Source of the DNA: Macrostomum lignano
Taxonomy: Eukaryota
Length of the DNA: 64,000 nt
NCBI GenBank assembly: GCA_002269645.1
Contig: NIVC01000269.1
Coordinates: 310,001-374,000, forward strand
Reading direction: 5' to 3'
In this document: positions 58,318 through 64,000 of the stretch, one piece after another
How positions within the stretch are numbered: position 1 is the first letter of the stretch
Layout of the letters: each line of letters opens with the position of its first letter
Program-made: the position numbers and the translations under genes
The notes under the pieces: model-generated
The model's database searches: none
The model's input: only the letters and a program-made list of their open reading frames with translations
Told to the model about the DNA's origin: nothing

Positions 58318-59879
58318 TAAGCTATCATACTAATTCGTAATTAAGGTATATGTTCGATAAAGCTAGCGACTGACAGAATGATCCAAAAAATTGTTTGCTT
58401 CATTTTGTAACTGCTTGTGCACGTAACTCGGTAGTGTATATTGGTGTAAAAAGAAATTACAAATGAATATAGCGAAGTTAGGAGCGGAGCAAGTTGTTAA
58501 CTTTCCCTACTTCAGCCAACAACACTAGCGACACAGTTTAATGATCAAAAGTTTCTTTAAGCAAAAAAGGCAACAAATAGAGATGTGAGATAACCCATTC
58601 TAGTTTACTGACTGAATATACCGGTCCAATGCAAATTTTCCCAAAAAACTAAGCAGCAAATCTTTCTAAACTCAGTATTCTACAAAATGCACCTTAATTA
58701 ACTTGAGATTTTACATGTCTGATACGAGTATTACGCATGCAATCGTCACTTTAGTCGGAAGGACACCGAAATTCATCGTCAATTGACCCAATCAAATCAT
58801 CAGTCTTTCAAACAGTCCTGTTCACTCTGCGGCGCTGCGGCGCTTTGATGCCTTCTTGCTGCTGAGTGTGAACTGGCCGCTTTCGGGCCCACTGCAGTGT
58901 AGCAGATGTGGTGGCCTGCGAAAGCCTGCTGGCTTGTAGAGTCGCGGCTGTGCTTCTTGCGCTGATTGAATTTGAAGGCGTCATGGCACCGATTGTGTTA
59001 CGGCGATGCGACCACCCCGAGATTTGGTCAGCTCCGTGTCTCAGATACTGCCGCACTTGGGGCTAGCAACCAGATCCTGAGACGGCCTGCCGTCCTCCGC
59101 TCTGATGCCGTAAATTGCTGAGACGGTCGGCTTCTCCAATTCCAACAAGGGATGCAAAATAGGTCGATAACTACTATACAGGAATGTGGCATTAAATTAG
59201 TGTAAAATAAGCCATATACTCGTAATTGCTTTATAAATTGTAAGAAGGGTTAGCTGCACTTAGCTTAAACACAAAATATCATTCATTGAATGTAGCCAAA
59301 AAAACTTTGATTGAACGTCTAGTTCCCGATAAAATAGCTTCGTGGCCAATTTACCAATGCTTGCAGCCGAGGCGTCAAGATGACATTGATTATGTTGGTG
59401 ACTACAGTTGCCTAATCTCCACGCCGGCATAGACGGAGACGATTAATCTGAGTGAAGTGGGAGTAAATTGAACTGCGGTATAATTTCGATTAATATACTA
59501 CACTGACTCATGGGTATAATAGTAGCGAGTAGGAGACTTCGGAAACTAAAATGGATTGGTGCAGTAACACTGAAACTTACCAAATTCATAACTCGCTACT
59601 TGAATAATTATGCCTTTAAGTCTTGCCTTTAAATTCCATTCGAACGATATGCTTGCCAGTTAGGTCTGCCAGTATTTCATCGAGTTGAATTGAAAATGGA
59701 TTGAACTCCTTCTGAAATAAAAAAACAAATCAGAGTATTTTAAATATCAATTTTTATTGAGTCAATGTGGTGTAACAAGTTGGATACTAAGTCTGTCTAG
59801 ACTATCAAGAACAAAATTAGAAGAAAATTAATTCTGTACGTCAAAAACAGCACCATATTGTCTGTTAGCCGCTCAAAAC

Positions 59880-61260
59880 ACACAAAGATGTTAAAGAGAT
59901 AGTAACAGCACTTTAAATACACTCACGCTGTAGTGAGAGGAAAGCAACATATTCTTTTAGGGAAAGCAAATGGCTTTGCCTTCAGAAATTCCTGTAAGGA
60001 CTTTTCTCCCAGCTGTAAAGTAGCCAATTTCAAGACTCTGTGATTCATGTGGGTAACAATAGAGTTTGCGTTGAAATTTTAACAGCACTCCTTCCACTTC
60101 TCCATTGGGAAAACTTCTTGAATCAATACATATTTAAAATTGACAAATGCAAAATTATCTGTGGAGACTGGAACTAAAATTCAGTCAATGTGAATACTTT
60201 TGCTTGACAGACAAGTCTAAGAGTGATGGCTTGGCGAACAACATGCGAAAAAATACCACTAGTTTAATGCACTCTCCGTTTTAGGGAGCCAAAGTAGTTT
60301 TCAAATGGAAATGTTGAAGATAAACTGATTGAACACAAGACACTCTAACAACTTTTGGCTTGCTCAGCTAGGTGAAAGCGAGATTCTGATGGAAAAACTG
60401 AGATTGCAAAATGAAGTAGCAAGAAGTGCTTTAAAAATGCTACAGACAACTATGAGTGAAACAATAAAGATCCAACAAAAGGCAGCAGTGAGCGAAACTC
60501 AGTAGCTTTGTAGTTGCTAAGCTCTGTGTCTACTCGTAGCCTGCGAGGACGACGCTGAAACTCTGATGGGAAACATTTTCGAATGATCTCAATTTCATCA
60601 GATCGTCAAATAAGCATTGTTTGAGACAAGTTTGCTCGAATATTAAATGATTTCACCTTCTTGAAGTAAAATTGACAAAGTCGACGTACCACACCCAAGC
60701 AAACACAATGTTGATATTCAACTGGGAAGTTTGATTGGGAAGTTTGATTATAAAGATGCATTGCTTGCAATGGGTGACAAAAATTGTTGATTGTCTTTAA
60801 AGCCGTTGACATACTGGCAGTCAGTTCTTGACTCTGCTACAGTAGTTGAAAAAACCATCCGTTCATTTTCTCGCTTGCCAATATTCACGATACATTTGAC
60901 AAATACGCTTTGCCAATATCCACTACCTTTTTAGCATTGTGGGACAGGATACCCTGCACATATGCCCATGCAGCAGCATCACAGATGAAATTTTAAGTGG
61001 CCAATCTTGACTTATATACCATAAAAACCATACCACAGTCTCTTAGCTCCACAATTTCCTTTATAAAGTCCTTGAGATAGGTTTCCAGTGTTGGCTTCTG
61101 GAAGCCATAGTAAAATGCTAAGTATGATGTTGCAACTGTCAAAGCGCAACACAAAATAGGCCAGAGTAACGCATTGCTACTTTTGTACAATGGCAATCCA
61201 TCAATATTCACTTGGGCATTTAAAACAATCGATCCCAGTGGGAAAAATCCGTACGCTCTG
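59880..61260 (-). mobile_element. Degenerate EnSpm/CACTA-like transposase pseudogene
   Basis: VNIDGLPLYKSSNALLWPIL, GFQKP..ETYLKDF, FICDA, FPVEYQHCVCLGVVRRL and YKATEFRSLL...KHFLLLHFAI, across stops and frameshifts. Confidence 0.8.
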
Positions 61261-63597
61261 GGTAGGGCGACTGGTCGCACCCCCCCCCTCTGACGCACGA
61301 CGTCCGAAGGGCGCACCAAGTAATCGGGCGCCCTGTCGAAGGGGCGACGCATTAAATAAATTTTGACAGCTGATCCATTCAGCTTACTTTTAGTAGTATG
61401 TAACGAATGTTAGCAATTGTAGCTTCGCTGCAGTGTTTAGTTGTGCCGTTATAGCACAGCATAATGTGAACTATTTTTGTACTTTAGCTTAGCAGCTGTT
61501 ACAAAATAAAACGAGGATATTTAAATAAAGCCCTTTTATCTATACTTTTTTCTCCGTTTTTTGCATTACTTGCTTTAGGCATTAAAAAAATCAGGCAGAC
61601 GCAAAATTTTCCATCAGTTCAGTGTCTAAGCAGAGAATGCAATATTAGTATAAATTATAATAGAATTGAATACGCACATTGAACATTGAAAGTATTGACA
61701 TAATCAAATACAAAAGAAGGATTACTAATTTAATTCATAATTCCGCCAATTAGTGACGATAGTAGAAATGGCACTTTGCATTATAGAAATAAGAAAAGAG
61801 CACTACACTGTATTATAGTATTATTAGAATAAAATTGAGTATCTTTCGATACATATCGGCGTGAGAACGGGGCCTTGTCTGAAGTCAGAAAGGAGTCCAA
61901 GGAAGGTCCCAATGGAACCCTCAAGAGTATGATGGTTCAGGGAGGCCCAGAAACTCTTCAGAGAAATTAGAACAGAAAAGTGCTGGGACCATGAAAATGT
62001 GTCCTAAAAGACAGGGGGAACTATTTGATTCGCTGTCCATGTCACATAATCGAGAACTCGATAACGTATCTGAGAGAGTCGCGGATGAAGGCCTTCCTAG
62101 TCCTCTTTGAAGCTGGATTGCTGGCTGCATTCTTCTAATAAATACTCTAATAGACGTCTCTTTTAACGCTTTACTTGGCTTTCAGAAGCCATTACAAAAA
62201 AGGCTGAAAATCGTATACTTAAAATCTTTAATAACTATTACCATTTTTAATAACAGAAGTTCAAATTGATAATAAATCTTATCGTACAATGATAAATTCA
62301 AGACAAATCTTACTAGCTAAAGAAAACAAGAACAAGTCAAATCAAATCTTACAATCTAAGCCCCAATGTCATATGACAAGCATATATGTAACCATAGTTA
62401 AGAACAAAAATTTACAGTCTAAGATGGTTTTCCAAATTTTATTTTATTTCAACAAGCAAACGGCAGGCTTTGGAATTTCTTGTCTTAGCTAGAGCCTTAG
62501 TTCAAGTTATGGATTCAGGAAGTTCAGTCAACACAGCACGAACGGGTTTTTGTTTTATTTGCTGTAGTAACCATTTTACTAAATATATATATTTATTATA
62601 TATATATATATATATAATTAATTATATATTAATTAATAGATACCAGGTATGTAATTACCTAGTTCATAAAATAACAATAGGAAGTAGCTTTTTAAAGAAA
62701 CAATAATTCGGCAAAGCCACATTTTTTACCATTTTCGTCAATGTCAAACAATTCCGGAAAGAATAAACACCACATAGCTGGTGTCCAATTGCTAGTGGAA
62801 CAACAACTAAGAATGAACGAACATGTAGAGTTTTATTTAGAAACAATATAAAACGATTTACGCTGTCGTAAAAGTCGGCTGAGAGAAAGAAAGTGAGTTG
62901 AAAGTAGTAAACCGAGGCGAGGGCCAGGCTATATATTTAAAAGTAATAAACTGGACCTCTTCGTGCGCCACGGGCACTGAATGGCCTAAAATATCGATCG
63001 TGCAAATATTATACGAAGCGCTCTAAAAAGATCGTACACACAGCACGCACAAACCTAAAACGGCCCAATTGGGGGTCAACACACGCAAAAATACAGGGAA
63101 AACAGAAAATATTACGGTTATTGTCAGCTTTATGTGGATAAATTTGACAGATAGATAGCTGATGCACATTTTATATTAATTTATACAATTTCGAAACATT
63201 ATGAGCATCACTAAATCAGAAGTGAAAATTTAAAGACTTTGACTCATAATTTAATGCAGGTGCGAGGCAAAAAATGTGTCCCTGCTTCAGTTGGCTAATT
63301 TATATAAACTGCAAAACTTGAAGCAAAAAGAAAGTTAATTGAACCAGTCTAAAATAGTACTTATATGCATTAGTATAACAAAAATAGTACTTTCCAAATG
63401 CTAGAATTTTCTGTACACATTTATAGCAAAAAGTTCACACAAATGATTGCATCTAGCGGCAAATCAGCGGCATTAATTCATGAGGGAGCCATCATAGCGG
63501 CATGCCGATAGAGACCATCAGTTATATTTCTACGTTTAACTGGAACAAAACAGTTTATTAGAACACAAGAAAGTATCATTTATTACAATAATCTACT

Positions 63598-63900
63598 CTA
63601 AGTCTCTAAAACTGTGACTTTCTTTATCTTGCTAGCCCAGCGGCATTCGCTAACGGGCCGCCAGTGGCCTACTGTTGCTTTTCCCACCGAGGAAGGCCAA
63701 TCGGTGAGGAAGCGAGCATACTCCTCCAGTGAACTCAGAAGTTGAAACTTCCCGCTGATCCAGACGGGCCTGAATTCCAAATAGTATGTGAATGATCTGG
63801 TGCTGGCTTCCCTCCAGTTTCATTGTCCTCTGGACTAGCTCTCGCAGATGAGACACATGAAAGAATACGAGGCCGTCAGCAGAATTTGGGCGCAATAGAC
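63598..63900 (-). pseudogene. Possible DUF4806-like accessory ORF remnant of the CACTA element
   Basis: Frameshifted 'LSSLEEYARF' and 'LAFLGGKS' resemble DUF4806 motifs. Same strand as, and upstream of, the transposase. Weak. Confidence 0.3.
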
Positions 63901-64000
63901 TGATCTGCGAGCATCGTCTGTGCCAGCATCAGCAGTTTTTTAAAACGGTTGACGCCTCTGCAGCTGCCTTTGCCTCTTCCGCTTTTGCCGCTGTCGCTCT

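Noticed and set aside
58700-59160. GC-balanced segment with coding-like look on the minus strand
   Set aside because: Stops in all frames and no motif I can identify.

Overview
This is animal (invertebrate) nuclear DNA, not prokaryotic. The repeat-filled introns and Q/A-rich proteins suggest a Macrostomum-like flatworm, but that is inference only. Most long ORFs in the supplied track are artefacts of tandem repeats. Genes were rebuilt by hand from GT-AG junctions and frame continuity: the 3' end of an SLC10-family transporter; a head-to-head pair of paralogous 3-exon genes with a putative SUMO/ubiquitin-like domain; an uncharacterised membrane protein; a 15-exon ANAPC1 (about 2193 aa); and the first two exons of a KIF7/KIF27-like kinesin. 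Mobile DNA: an apparently intact Mutator-type transposon (107-bp TIRs, 8-bp TSD, 5-exon PHD-FLYWCH-DDE transposase of 610 aa), plus decayed mariner, Gypsy, Crypton-like, LINE and CACTA remnants, a solo LTR, two related tRNA-derived SINEs and two MITEs. The most striking structure is that 13 of the 14 ANAPC1 introns, and most other large introns, each carry their own minisatellite. In places the splice site itself is part of the repeat unit. No rRNA, intact tRNA or CRISPR array was found.
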